Shown here in pieces: positions 8,475-17,005 of a stretch of 42,675 nucleotides of DNA; the first letter of the stretch is position 1; each line of letters starts with the position of its first letter. Both the position numbers and the translations under genes were made by a program. The stretch comes from Candidatus Woesearchaeota archaeon. GTDB lineage: Archaea > Nanobdellota > Nanobdellia > Woesearchaeales > UBA525. The DNA is taken from contig JACWAN010000096.1 of the NCBI GenBank assembly GCA_014874255.1, forward strand, positions 1 to 42,675, in the 5' to 3' direction. The notes below the pieces were generated by a model. That model saw nothing but the letters and a program-made list of their open reading frames with translations. It was not told where the DNA came from and made no database searches.

Positions 8475-8505
8475 CATCATCCTCACCAGCTTCCTCTTCA
8501 ACGCG
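8475..8505 (+). repeat. 31-bp direct repeat, right copy (orphan arsP 3' end)
   Basis: Matches 5171-5201 at 30/31 positions and reads IILTSFLFNALLG. Confidence 0.85.
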
Positions 8506-8550
8506 CTGCTCGGCTGGCCACGGCTTGTTTTTGCTTCTCTCCTCCGTTCC

Positions 8551-8665
8551 GCGGCCGCCGCGGAGAAATTGTCCTCCCTCCGGTCCGGGGCTTTGTCGGG
8601 CGCTCACCATAATGGCGCCGCGGCGCCATGTTCGCGTCCAGGTCTTGTTCCAAGGCGGCGGCCGC
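8551..8665 (-). repeat. Family A structured repeat, copy A1
   Basis: Reverse complement shares CCTTGGA...GCGAACAT and CGCCCGACAAAGCCCCGGACCGGAGGGAG...CTCCGC with 12809-12986 and 32025-32173; perfect 11-bp closing stem. Confidence 0.8.
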
Positions 8666-8770
8666 AGCGCTGAGTGTGCAGACTGCTCTTTGAAGATGGC
8701 CGTGTATTTCAGGGCGGATAGGAAATCAAGAAGAGAAAGGAAAATCTGAAAAAAAGGGTTTCTGGAGGCC

Positions 8771-8908
8771 TTACTCGTAGACCGACCAGATGCCGAAGAC
8801 GATGGCTACAATGGCACCGAGCGGAACAGCCCAGGAAGCCATCGACGTGTAGTACCCGAGGGCGAGCAAGCCGCCAACGGCCGCAACCCAACCAGTCCAT
8901 CTTGCCAT
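8771..8908 (-). CDS. 45-aa two-TM membrane microprotein (not in the ORF track)
   Basis: MARWTGWVAAVGGLLALGYYTSMASWAVPLGAIVAIVFGIWSVYE; GGGTGG SD, upstream TATATAT box (~8966-8973) and a T-rich tract downstream. Confidence 0.72.
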   Translation of the reverse strand: MARWTGWVAAVGGLLALGYYTSMASWAVPLGAIVAIVFGIWSVYE

Positions 8909-9111
8909 TATATACCACCCCATGGTTTTTTTGCAATATGTTTTCTCTCACTAAATCAAGAACCATATATATAGTTTCCGAAAAAAGGTTCGGAATCCGG
9001 ACAGGGATAAGGAAAAGAATCGCCTTTTCAGCTAAAATCTGTCTAGCTGCAGCCCGTCGTGGCGCCGCAATCATCCTCGCTAGCGTTCGGAGATTGTGGA
9101 TCCGACCTCGC

Positions 9112-12100
9112 TCAACTGCATCCGGTGGTCGCTCCACAATCCTCGCAGAGCGCGCAGCTCCCGTTCCGCTTCAGCCGCATCGACTGGCAGCCCGGGCATC
9201 TGTCCCCAGTATATCCTTTCGCCTTCGCCTCCGCGACTAAGCGTTCCTCTTCGGAGAGCACGCGTTCCGCCTTCTTCTTCGGCGCCTCTCCCGCACGTGC
9301 AGCGCGCGTCGGCTTGACCTCCTTCAGATGGACGAGGTCCTGGCGGCCGAGGTACTCATGGCCCAGCACCCGGTAGAGATAATCGACGGGTGACGTCGCG
9401 TTCTTGATGGCCGCGTCCCCGGTGACCGGCCCGCCGGGCGGGAAGTCAGTGAACGCGAACCGCTCCACCAGCTCTGAGAGCGGGATGCCGCGCTGCAGCG
9501 CGTAGCTGACGAGCTGGCTGTACGCGGCGAGCATGCCGCGGAACTCCTCAGGCTCCGCCTCCATGGATAATTCGACGGAACCGAGGCCGCCGTCCTGGTA
9601 TTCGGCGGTGAGGACCTGGACAGGCTTCCCGACGATGGCGGCAACGCGGACGACGCCTTCCCATTCCGGCGTGCCGACGTGCCGCGCGGCGATGCCGTGC
9701 TGCACCGCTTCCGGCGTCACGGCAGCTTCGTCCACGTCGTCCTCCTCGAACTGGCTCAAGTCCTCGGAGACGGTGTTGAGGGGCTGGCTCAGCTTCGAGC
9801 CGTCGCGGTAGAGCGCGTTCGCCTTGAGCATCAGCTTCCAGCTGAGCAGGTAGGCGTCCTCGATGTCCTTGAGCGTGGCCTCGTTCGGCATGTTGATCGT
9901 CTTGCTGATCGCGCCGCTGATGAACGGCTGGGCCGCGGCCATCGCCTTGATGTGCGCCTGGTACTCGAGGAACCGCTTCCCCTTCCGGCCGCACCGGTTC
10001 GCGCAGTCGAACACGGGCAGGTGCGCGTCCTTGAGGCCGGGCGCGCCCTCGAGCGTCATCGTGCCGCAGACGTACTCGTTCGCGGCCTCGATCTCCTCCT
10101 TGGAGAACCCGAGCGCGGCGAGGAGATTGAAGCTGGGGTCCTCATACTCCGCCTTCTTGAAGCCGAGCTTCTCGAGCGCCTTGTCGCCGAGCGTGAACCG
10201 GTTGAAGACGAAGCCGATGTCGAACGCGGCCGGCAACTGCTTCTCCGCGGCGACGAGCGCCTCTTCCGGCAGGCCTCTCTTCCGGAGCGCGTCGTGCGTC
10301 ACGCCCTTCTTCAGGCCGTCGAGCGTGCCGTGGCCGACCGCGTACGTGATGATCGCGTCGATCTCCTTCGACGGATAGCCGAGCTTCTTCAGCGCGGAAG
10401 GGACTGATTGGTTGATAATCTTGAAGTAGCCGCCGCCCGCGAGCTTCTTGAACTTGACGATGGCGAAGTCCGGCTCGATCCCCGTGGTGTCGCAGTCCAT
10501 GACGAGGCCGATCGTCCCGGTCGGCGCGAGGACGGTTGCCTGCGCGTTCCGGTAGCCGTGTTGTTCGCCCAGGCTGAGCGCCTCGTCCCAGCACGCCTTG
10601 GCCGCGGCGACGAGCGGCGCCGGACAGTGTTTCGGGTCGATGCCCATCGGCGTGACCGTCAGTCCCTCATACTCCGACTGCTTGGCGTTGTACGCCGCTC
10701 GCCGGTGGTTCCGGATGACACGGAGCATCTGCTCCTTGTTCTTCGCGTAGCCGGCGAACGCGCCCAGCGAGGCGGCCATCTCAGCGCTCGTCGCATACGA
10801 CTGGCCGGTCAGGATGGCGGTGACCGCGCCGATGAAGCCGCGCGCCTCGTCGCTGTCGTACGGGACGCCGGCGCGCATCAGCGCGCTGCCGATGTTCGCG
10901 TACCCGAGTCCCAAGGAACGGAACCGGTAGCTGAGCCGCGCCATCGGCTCGCTCGGGAACTGGGCCATGAGGACGCTGATCTCGAGCACGATCGTCATGA
11001 GCCGCACGGCGTGCCGGAACGCGTCCACGTCGAGCGTCCCGTCCTCCTTGAGGAACTTGACGACGTTGATGCTGGCGAGGTTGCACGCGGTGTCGTCGAG
11101 AAAGAGGTACTCGCTGCACGGATTTGACGCGTTGATCCTCCCGTCCGCGGGGCAAGTGTGCCACTCGTTGATTGTCGTGTCGTACTGGACGCCCGGGTCG
11201 GCGGAGTGCCACGCGGCGAGGCAGACCTTGTTCCAGAGGTCGCGCGCCTTGAGCGTCCGCCACTTCCCGCCGTCCGTGCGCTTGATCAGGTCCCACTCCC
11301 CGTCGTCCTCGACCGCCTTGAGGAACGCGTTCGGGATCCGGACCGTGTTGTTGGCGTGCTGTCCCGCCACGGTCTGGTAGGCCTCGCCTTCGTAGTGCGT
11401 GTCGAACACCTTGAAATCAGGGTCGTAGATCCCTTGCTCTCCGAGCTGGATGATTCGGAAGACGTAGTTGAGGGGGACGCCGAGCCGCTTCGCGTCCCTG
11501 ATCGCGTTCTTGAGCGCAGGGTTCGTGTTCCAGTTCGCGCCCGCTTTCGCCGCTTCTGCGACCTTCGTGAGCGCCGCCTTGGAGACCCTGCTGCCCGCGA
11601 CCAGGTCCGCCACTTTCTGCTCCTCGCGGTACTTCCACATGATGAAGGTCTCGATCTCCGGGTGGTCCATGTCGAGGCAGACCATCTTCGCCGCCCTTCT
11701 GGTGGTGCCGCCGGACTTGATCGCGCCCGCGCCCGCGTCGAAGAGCTTGAGGAAGCTCATCAATCCCGAGGAGGTGCCTCCTCCGCTGAGCGGCTCGCCC
11801 TTTCCCCTGAGCCGGGAGAAGTTGCTTCCCGTGCCGCTCCCGTACTTGAAGATGCGCGCTTCCCGGATCGCGAGGTCGAAGATGCCGCCTTCGTTGACGA
11901 GGTCGTCCCGCAAGGATTGGATGAAGCACGCGTGCGGCTGCGGCCGCGTGTACGCGTCCTCACTCTTCCTCGTCTCGCCGGTCGCGGGATCCGCGTAGTA
12001 GTGGCCCTGCGGGCTGCCGGTGATGCCGTACGCCCACGCCAGTCCGGTGTTGAACCATTGCGGCGAGTTCGGCGCCGTCATCTGGCTGAGGAGCATGAAC

Positions 12101-12495
12101 GCGAGCTCGTCATAGAACGCCTGCGCGTCCTGTTCGCTGGCGAAGTAGCCGTGGTTCTCGCCCCAGCTGCGCCAGCATCCGGCAAGGCGGTGCGCCACCT
12201 GCTTCACGCTCGTCTCGGAGCCGAGGACCGGCTTGCCGTCCGGCCCCTTCTTCATGTTCCCGTGCTCGTCTTTCTGCGGCACGCCCGCCTTGCGGATGTA
12301 CTTCTGCGCGAGGATGTCCGTGGCGAGCTGGCTCCACCCGGTCGGCACTTCCACGCCCTTGATTTCGAAGACGACGCTCCCGTCAGGGTTCCTGATGACC
12401 GAGTCGCGCCGCTCGTAGCTGAACCGTGCGTAGGGGTCCTTCCCCTCTTCCGTGAACATCCGCTTGACCGAGAGACCTTTCGAGACCATGACCAT
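9112..12495 (-). CDS. nrdJ: Adenosylcobalamin-dependent (class II) ribonucleotide reductase with intact active site and C-terminal TSCPD-like and Zn-ribbon domains
   Basis: PNSPQWFNTG, PQPHACFI (reducing Cys), ASNPCSEY (N-C-E), TACNLAS (second reducing Cys), APTGTIG, AISKTINMP, LYRDGSK, terminal CPGC..CALCEDCGATTGCS. GGTGG SD before ATG 12495; no ATP cone. Confidence 0.95.
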   Translation of the reverse strand: MVMVSKGLSVKRMFTEEGKDPYARFSYERRDSVIRNPDGSVVFEIKGVEVPTGWSQLATDILAQKYIRKAGVPQKDEHGNMKKGPDGKPVLGSETSVKQVAHRLAGCWRSWGENHGYFASEQDAQAFYDELAFMLLSQMTAPNSPQWFNTGLAWAYGITGSPQGHYYADPATGETRKSEDAYTRPQPHACFIQSLRDDLVNEGGIFDLAIREARIFKYGSGTGSNFSRLRGKGEPLSGGGTSSGLMSFLKLFDAGAGAIKSGGTTRRAAKMVCLDMDHPEIETFIMWKYREEQKVADLVAGSRVSKAALTKVAEAAKAGANWNTNPALKNAIRDAKRLGVPLNYVFRIIQLGEQGIYDPDFKVFDTHYEGEAYQTVAGQHANNTVRIPNAFLKAVEDDGEWDLIKRTDGGKWRTLKARDLWNKVCLAAWHSADPGVQYDTTINEWHTCPADGRINASNPCSEYLFLDDTACNLASINVVKFLKEDGTLDVDAFRHAVRLMTIVLEISVLMAQFPSEPMARLSYRFRSLGLGYANIGSALMRAGVPYDSDEARGFIGAVTAILTGQSYATSAEMAASLGAFAGYAKNKEQMLRVIRNHRRAAYNAKQSEYEGLTVTPMGIDPKHCPAPLVAAAKACWDEALSLGEQHGYRNAQATVLAPTGTIGLVMDCDTTGIEPDFAIVKFKKLAGGGYFKIINQSVPSALKKLGYPSKEIDAIITYAVGHGTLDGLKKGVTHDALRKRGLPEEALVAAEKQLPAAFDIGFVFNRFTLGDKALEKLGFKKAEYEDPSFNLLAALGFSKEEIEAANEYVCGTMTLEGAPGLKDAHLPVFDCANRCGRKGKRFLEYQAHIKAMAAAQPFISGAISKTINMPNEATLKDIEDAYLLSWKLMLKANALYRDGSKLSQPLNTVSEDLSQFEEDDVDEAAVTPEAVQHGIAARHVGTPEWEGVVRVAAIVGKPVQVLTAEYQDGGLGSVELSMEAEPEEFRGMLAAYSQLVSYALQRGIPLSELVERFAFTDFPPGGPVTGDAAIKNATSPVDYLYRVLGHEYLGRQDLVHLKEVKPTRAARAGEAPKKKAERVLSEEERLVAEAKAKGYTGDRCPGCQSMRLKRNGSCALCEDCGATTGCS

Positions 12496-12569
12496 CGTAC
12501 CACCGTCGCTGCATGCCCTGTCGCTGCTGCCCGCCTCCCGGACGGTCCCCTTCCTGCCGTCCCGGCGAG

Positions 12570-12617
12570 ACACAAGATGTTGTGGTTCGTCGAGAATCCA
12601 CACCCTATATGTGCCGT
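12570..12617. promoter_or_regulatory. Tandem NrdR-box-like operators upstream of nrdJ
   Basis: ACACAAGATGTTGTGG (12570-12585) and ACCCTATATGTGCCGT (12602-12617) versus consensus acaCwAtATaTwGtgt; starts 32 bp apart. Confidence 0.7.
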
Positions 12618-12635
12618 TCCGAGACGGCCCCCGAG

Positions 12636-12645
12636 TTTTATAAAG
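12636..12645 (-). promoter_or_regulatory. Archaeal TATA box of nrdJ
   Basis: CTTTATAAAA on the minus strand, an AT island in GC-rich DNA. Confidence 0.65.
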
Positions 12646-12808
12646 ATTATTGTCTCGCAACGTATACGTTGACGGGGATGGAAAGGAAATCCCGTTCCGT
12701 TTCTCCGCTCACACCCCTTCGATTCGCGAGGGAAAGGTGACGAAAGGACGGCCCAACATCCCTTCCCTACCTCTCTTCCCGACATCTCGTCCCTACAGCT
12801 CTTCTCAT

Positions 12809-12986
12809 GAGGAATGCCGCCTTGGATTCGTGCCGGGCGCGAACATGGCCGAGCGTTTTTGCGAGACTCGTGTTCGGAGAACGCGAGGATCGAGAACGAA
12901 GCGTAGCTGAGCGACCGAGGCCATAATCGTAATCGCCCGACAAAGCCCCGGACTGGAGGGAGAATAGATTCTCCGCGGCATTCTTC
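12809..12986 (+). repeat. Family A structured repeat, copy A2
   Basis: Same conserved blocks as A1 and A3; closing stem GAGGAATGCCGC/GCGGCATTCTTC; long variable arm closed by ATGGCC/GGCCAT. Confidence 0.8.
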
Positions 12987-13028
12987 GGACTAACGACGAA
13001 ACACAGTTATTTTTCAATCAAGAATCCT

Positions 13029-15041
13029 CTACGACTCCTTCGCGAGCTGCTTCGTCCGCTTCCGGAGGAAGGTGTCCAAGGCGAGGATCATCCGCTCCTT
13101 CGAGGGGGTGTCGAGCTTCCGCGCCAGCGACTTCTCCTTCAGCTCGTTCCGGACCCAGAGCGCCACGGGGTTCTGGCCCTCCTTGCCCTGCGCGAGCGCC
13201 GCCTCGAACTCCGCGCGCGTCATCGCGTCGAGCGCCGCCTGGAGGTCGAAGAGGTCGCGCACCTCGCGCTCGCCGAGCAGCAGCGGCTTCGCCTGCTTCG
13301 CCGCCTGGGCGAACGCGTTCGCCGCGAGGTCCTTGGAACGCTGCCGGAAATAGCGCGCCTTGAAGCTCCGCTGGACGCCGAGGATGAGGAGGAAGAGCAC
13401 GAGGATGGCCGCGGCGAGCACGCCGATCTTGCCCGGTACGTACTGGATCCTCAGGCCGAAGAGCATGGACTGCTTGAGGAGCTCGCTCAGCACGACGTAC
13501 GGGTTGTACGCGCTCAGCGTCCGCACGATCGCGTTCATCGACTCCAGCGGCAGGACCAGGTTGCTGATGAAGAGGAAGACGCTCCCGATGCTGAGCGAGG
13601 AGATCATCGCCGCCTCCTGCGTGCCGGCGAGATAGCCGATGATCATGCCGAGGAACGAGAAGAGCGTGATCGCGATGGAGATGATGACGACGCTCACCCC
13701 GAAGTTCGCGAACAGCGGGGCTTTCACGAAGAAGTAGCTGATGCCGAGGATGACGCACGCCTGCACCATGAGGACCAGGAAGGTCGTGACGAAGCTGAGC
13801 AGCACGTGGTACTCGTCCCTCGTCGCCGTCGTGAAGTTCCGGAACGCGGCCTTGCTCGTCTTGTCCATCACGATGAGCGTGCTGCTCAGCATGAGGCCGA
13901 GGAACATGATGACGAGCATCAGGATGTACGGGTAGGTGAACGTGAGCTTCGAGTCCTCGGCGTTCACCGCCTGGATGCGCGTCGTGATGGGGGAGGCGAC
14001 GCTGCCCGCGCTCGTGCCGAGCGACTCCTGGAGCGATTCGTCCGTGTGCTGGAGCGTGCCCTGGAGCGTGGCGAGTTTGCCTCTCGTGGCCGTGAGGAGC
14101 GCCTTCGTCTGCCCGAGCCCCGCGTCCGCCTCCTGGGACGCGTTGACCAGCTCGCCGAACCGCTCCTGCACCTGCTGCATCGACGTCGCTGCCTGGTCGA
14201 TGATGTCGGAGACCTGCGACGCGGCGTCCGGCGCGGCGTCCGCCACCTGCGCGAGCTGCTCGCTCTCGTTCTGGAGCTGGAGGATGGTCGCGTCGATCTC
14301 GTCGCGGGTCGCGTTCTCCGCCTGATTGCGCGCGTCCTGCAGCGTCGTGACCGCCTGGTCGATGGCGTCGCTGCCCTGCTGCTTCACCTGAGTCACGATC
14401 CCGGCGAGGCCGTTCACCCTCCCCCTGATCTGGAGGAGGTCGACGTAGGAGACGTTCACGTCCACGCCTTCGAGCGCGCTCTGCCCCTGGCCGAGCTGGC
14501 CGATGGCGGCGCCGAGGTCCTGGTCGATGGACGCTGCGGCCGCGCGCTGGCTGTGAATCTGCTGCTGCGCGACCGCGACGCGCTGGAGCATCGTGCCTGC
14601 CAGGTTCTCGCTGATCGCGCTGCTCTGGATGTCGAGCTGCTTGCTCAAGCCGTCGATGATCTGGTAGACAAGGTTGATCCTCGAGTAATCCACCGCGAAC
14701 GTCACGGTGTTGGTGCCGTTCTCCTTGACGCTGAAGTCCGCAGGGAAGAGGATACAGGTATGCACCTCTCCCGTCTTGATCCGGTCGGTGCACTCCGTCT
14801 CGTTCGCGAAGACGTTCACCTGGTAGTTCTGCGCCTTGAGCGTGTCGATGACGCTGTTCACGAGCGGCGTGTACTCGGGCGCATGGACGCCGACGACGAT
14901 CTGGCCCTTCTCGCTGCCGCCCGTGTAGGCGGCGCTGACGAGGAGGATGATGAGGAGCGGGCCGAAGATGATGGTGAAGGCGCTCTCCCGCGAGCGGAAG
15001 AGGAGCTTGAGGTTCTTCGCGATGACGGCCGGCCATTTCAT
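13029..15041 (-). CDS. ABC-2 type exporter permease with a long extracellular coiled coil and a C-terminal cytoplasmic (DUF5752-like) domain
   Basis: KNLKLLFRS..FTIIFGPLLIILL N-terminal TM, Q/A-rich heptads, C-terminal TM bundle with SNLVLPLE..YNPY, tail VRDLFDL...NPVALWVRNELKEKSLARKL. Confidence 0.85.
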   Translation of the reverse strand: MKWPAVIAKNLKLLFRSRESAFTIIFGPLLIILLVSAAYTGGSEKGQIVVGVHAPEYTPLVNSVIDTLKAQNYQVNVFANETECTDRIKTGEVHTCILFPADFSVKENGTNTVTFAVDYSRINLVYQIIDGLSKQLDIQSSAISENLAGTMLQRVAVAQQQIHSQRAAAASIDQDLGAAIGQLGQGQSALEGVDVNVSYVDLLQIRGRVNGLAGIVTQVKQQGSDAIDQAVTTLQDARNQAENATRDEIDATILQLQNESEQLAQVADAAPDAASQVSDIIDQAATSMQQVQERFGELVNASQEADAGLGQTKALLTATRGKLATLQGTLQHTDESLQESLGTSAGSVASPITTRIQAVNAEDSKLTFTYPYILMLVIMFLGLMLSSTLIVMDKTSKAAFRNFTTATRDEYHVLLSFVTTFLVLMVQACVILGISYFFVKAPLFANFGVSVVIISIAITLFSFLGMIIGYLAGTQEAAMISSLSIGSVFLFISNLVLPLESMNAIVRTLSAYNPYVVLSELLKQSMLFGLRIQYVPGKIGVLAAAILVLFLLILGVQRSFKARYFRQRSKDLAANAFAQAAKQAKPLLLGEREVRDLFDLQAALDAMTRAEFEAALAQGKEGQNPVALWVRNELKEKSLARKLDTPSKERMILALDTFLRKRTKQLAKES

Positions 15042-16102
15042 CTGCGTCCGCCTCCCTCATCCTTCTTTTCCTTCGCATTCGCCGCCTGTTCCGCGCCGCC
15101 CTTCCCTTCGCCGTTCTCAAGGCCTTCTTTCGGCTGCTGCGTGCCGTTCTTGTAGATGCTCACGAAGACGTCGTCCAGGTTCGGCTTGTTGAGCCTGATG
15201 TCGAGGAGCTGCTCGCCCGCCTTCTCGAGGAGCGTGAGCACCTCCTTGATGATCCGCTCCGGCTCCTCGGTCCGGATGGTGAGATAGGTGCCTTGCCGCG
15301 CCACCCCGGTGATGTTCTTCCCCTTCAGCTTCGGCACGATCTTCGCGTAGCTGCCAGGGTAGCTCTCCACCATGATCTCCTGCTCCTTGTTGTACTTGAG
15401 CTTCAGCTTGTCCGGCGTGTCGACGTCGACGAGCCGGCCGTCCTTGACGATCGCGATCCGGCTGCAGAGCGTGTCCAGTTCGTTGAGGTGGTGGCTGCTC
15501 AGCACGACGGTGGTGCCGCGCATGTTGATGCGGCGCACGACCTCCCAGATCTGGTTGCGCAGCACGGGGTCGAGATCGGCCGTCGGCTCGTCCAGGATCA
15601 GGACGGCAGGGTTGTGGACCATGGCGCACGCGATGTCCAGCCGCCGCTTCATCCCGCCGCTCAGGTCCTTCGCCATGACGTACTGGCTCGCCTTGAGGCC
15701 CATCAACCGGAGGAGGACGTCGACGTTGGAGCGGATGGCGCGGCCGCTCAGGTCGTACATCTGCGCGAAGTACTCGAGGTTCTCCCGCACGGTGAGCTTC
15801 TCGTAGAAGCTGGGCGTCTGCGCCGCGAAGCCGTAGCTCTTGTTCACGACGAGCGGCTTCAGGAGGATGTTGAACGCGCGGCCGTTGCCTGCGGCGTCGT
15901 ACTGCGTGTAGGTCACCATGCCCCTGTCGGGCCGCAGGAACCCGACGAGCAGGTTCAGGAGCGTGGTCTTGCCGCTGCCCGAGGAGCCGATGATGCCGAG
16001 GATCTCCCCCTGCTCCACCTTGAGCGAGACGTCCCGCAGGACGTGGTTCTCGCCGAAGGACTTGGAGACGCCCCTCACCTCGAAGACGGCCCTCGACCCC
16101 AT
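15038..16102 (-). CDS. ABC transporter ATP-binding protein
   Basis: GSSGSGKTT, LSGGMKRR, LILDEPT, SSH; overlaps the permease start. Confidence 0.95.
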   Translation of the reverse strand: MGSRAVFEVRGVSKSFGENHVLRDVSLKVEQGEILGIIGSSGSGKTTLLNLLVGFLRPDRGMVTYTQYDAAGNGRAFNILLKPLVVNKSYGFAAQTPSFYEKLTVRENLEYFAQMYDLSGRAIRSNVDVLLRLMGLKASQYVMAKDLSGGMKRRLDIACAMVHNPAVLILDEPTADLDPVLRNQIWEVVRRINMRGTTVVLSSHHLNELDTLCSRIAIVKDGRLVDVDTPDKLKLKYNKEQEIMVESYPGSYAKIVPKLKGKNITGVARQGTYLTIRTEEPERIIKEVLTLLEKAGEQLLDIRLNKPNLDDVFVSIYKNGTQQPKEGLENGEGKGGAEQAANAKEKKDEGGGRR

Positions 16103-16207
16103 GCCAGCCGTTGCGTCCCCGCGTTTTATAAATGTTGTTCAAAGGGCGGTTTTGCCGTCGGCTCCTTTTATTTTTTCAGTCTCCGTTTCCCGTCTCGTCC
16201 TTGAGAA

Positions 16208-16338
16208 CATCATCGCCGCCGTCCACAGGGTGAGCGTCCCGGCCGAGAAAGAAGCGGGTGCGGCGGAGGTCGGCCCCTTCGGGGAGGACCCGCACCTTCG
16301 GGAAAAAAGCGGAGAGCGAACAGGACGCGGCGATGATG
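16208..16338 (+). repeat. Family C rod-hairpin repeat, copy C1
   Basis: CATCATCGCCG...CGGCGATGATG closing stem, apical CCCC-TTCG-GGG; colinear with the reverse complement of 28646-28778. Confidence 0.8.
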
Positions 16339-16347
16339 CGAAAAACA

Positions 16348-17001
16348 TTATTTCCGTCCGACGAGCGCCCTCTTCAGCGAACGCAAGTAGAGATTGCGTG
16401 ACGGCACGACGATCTCTTCCAGCCGCATGCCGAAGGCGTCCGCGAGCCGTCCGGTCTCCAGCAGCCGGAAGCCCCACGCTTTGCTCGCGGCCTTCCCGAC
16501 GGGATCGTCCTTGATGGTCACGAGGAGGAGCGTGCCGCCAGGCCTGAGGACGCGCAGCAGCTCCCGCGCCGCGCGCTCCGTGTCCGGGACGTATTCGAGC
16601 ATGCCCGCGCTCATCACGAGATCGAACTCGCCGTCTCCGAACGGGTGCGGTCCTCCGTCCGGATAGGCGCGTGCCGCGCGCAGGTCGAGCGCGTCCGCTC
16701 CGTAGAGCGCGATCCCCTTCTCTTTCGCGCGCCGCTCCGCCAGTCCGAGCATCTGCGGCGAGCGGTCGAACGCGTGGATGCTCGCGAGCTCGCCCCGTTC
16801 GCGCAGCACGTCGTCGAGCGCGAAGGAGAGCGGGCAGTGGCCGCAGCCCGCATCGAGCACCCTCGCTCCGTCGAGGATGCGCTTCCCGGGCTGCCGGAAC
16901 AACGAGCGGTAGAACCCCTCGTAGCCCGCGAGCGCAGCGCACGCGGCGTAGGTCTTCGAAGCGAACGAACCGTATGCCATCCTCTCGCCCCTTTCGCTCA
17001 T
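16348..17001 (-). CDS. Class I SAM-dependent methyltransferase (UbiE/Methyltransf_11-like)
   Basis: RVLDAGCG, AFDRSPQML, PFGDGEFDLVMS, RVLRPGG. Confidence 0.9.
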   Translation of the reverse strand: MSERGERMAYGSFASKTYAACAALAGYEGFYRSLFRQPGKRILDGARVLDAGCGHCPLSFALDDVLRERGELASIHAFDRSPQMLGLAERRAKEKGIALYGADALDLRAARAYPDGGPHPFGDGEFDLVMSAGMLEYVPDTERAARELLRVLRPGGTLLLVTIKDDPVGKAASKAWGFRLLETGRLADAFGMRLEEIVVPSRNLYLRSLKRALVGRK

Positions 17002-17005
17002 CCCT

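Noticed and set aside
8551-8665. tRNA or known ribozyme (hammerhead, HDV) identity for repeat families A-C
   Set aside because: No cloverleaf or T-loop, and no CUGAUGA/GAAA core or HDV pseudoknot recognisable by eye; an Rfam scan is needed.
9112-12495. Intein or intron in the large NrdJ
   Set aside because: No intein splice motifs or LAGLIDADG blocks; length is explained by known insertions and the C-terminal TSCPD-like and Zn-ribbon domains.
12496-12600. Cobalamin riboswitch in the nrdJ leader
   Set aside because: No B12-box or GCCACUG/AGGGAA core elements, and it is short; NrdR-like boxes explain the region better.
12670-12792. Additional possible stems upstream of the nrdJ promoter and at 8985-9110
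   Set aside because: Imperfect pairing with no second copy in the window; not distinguishable from chance at this GC content.
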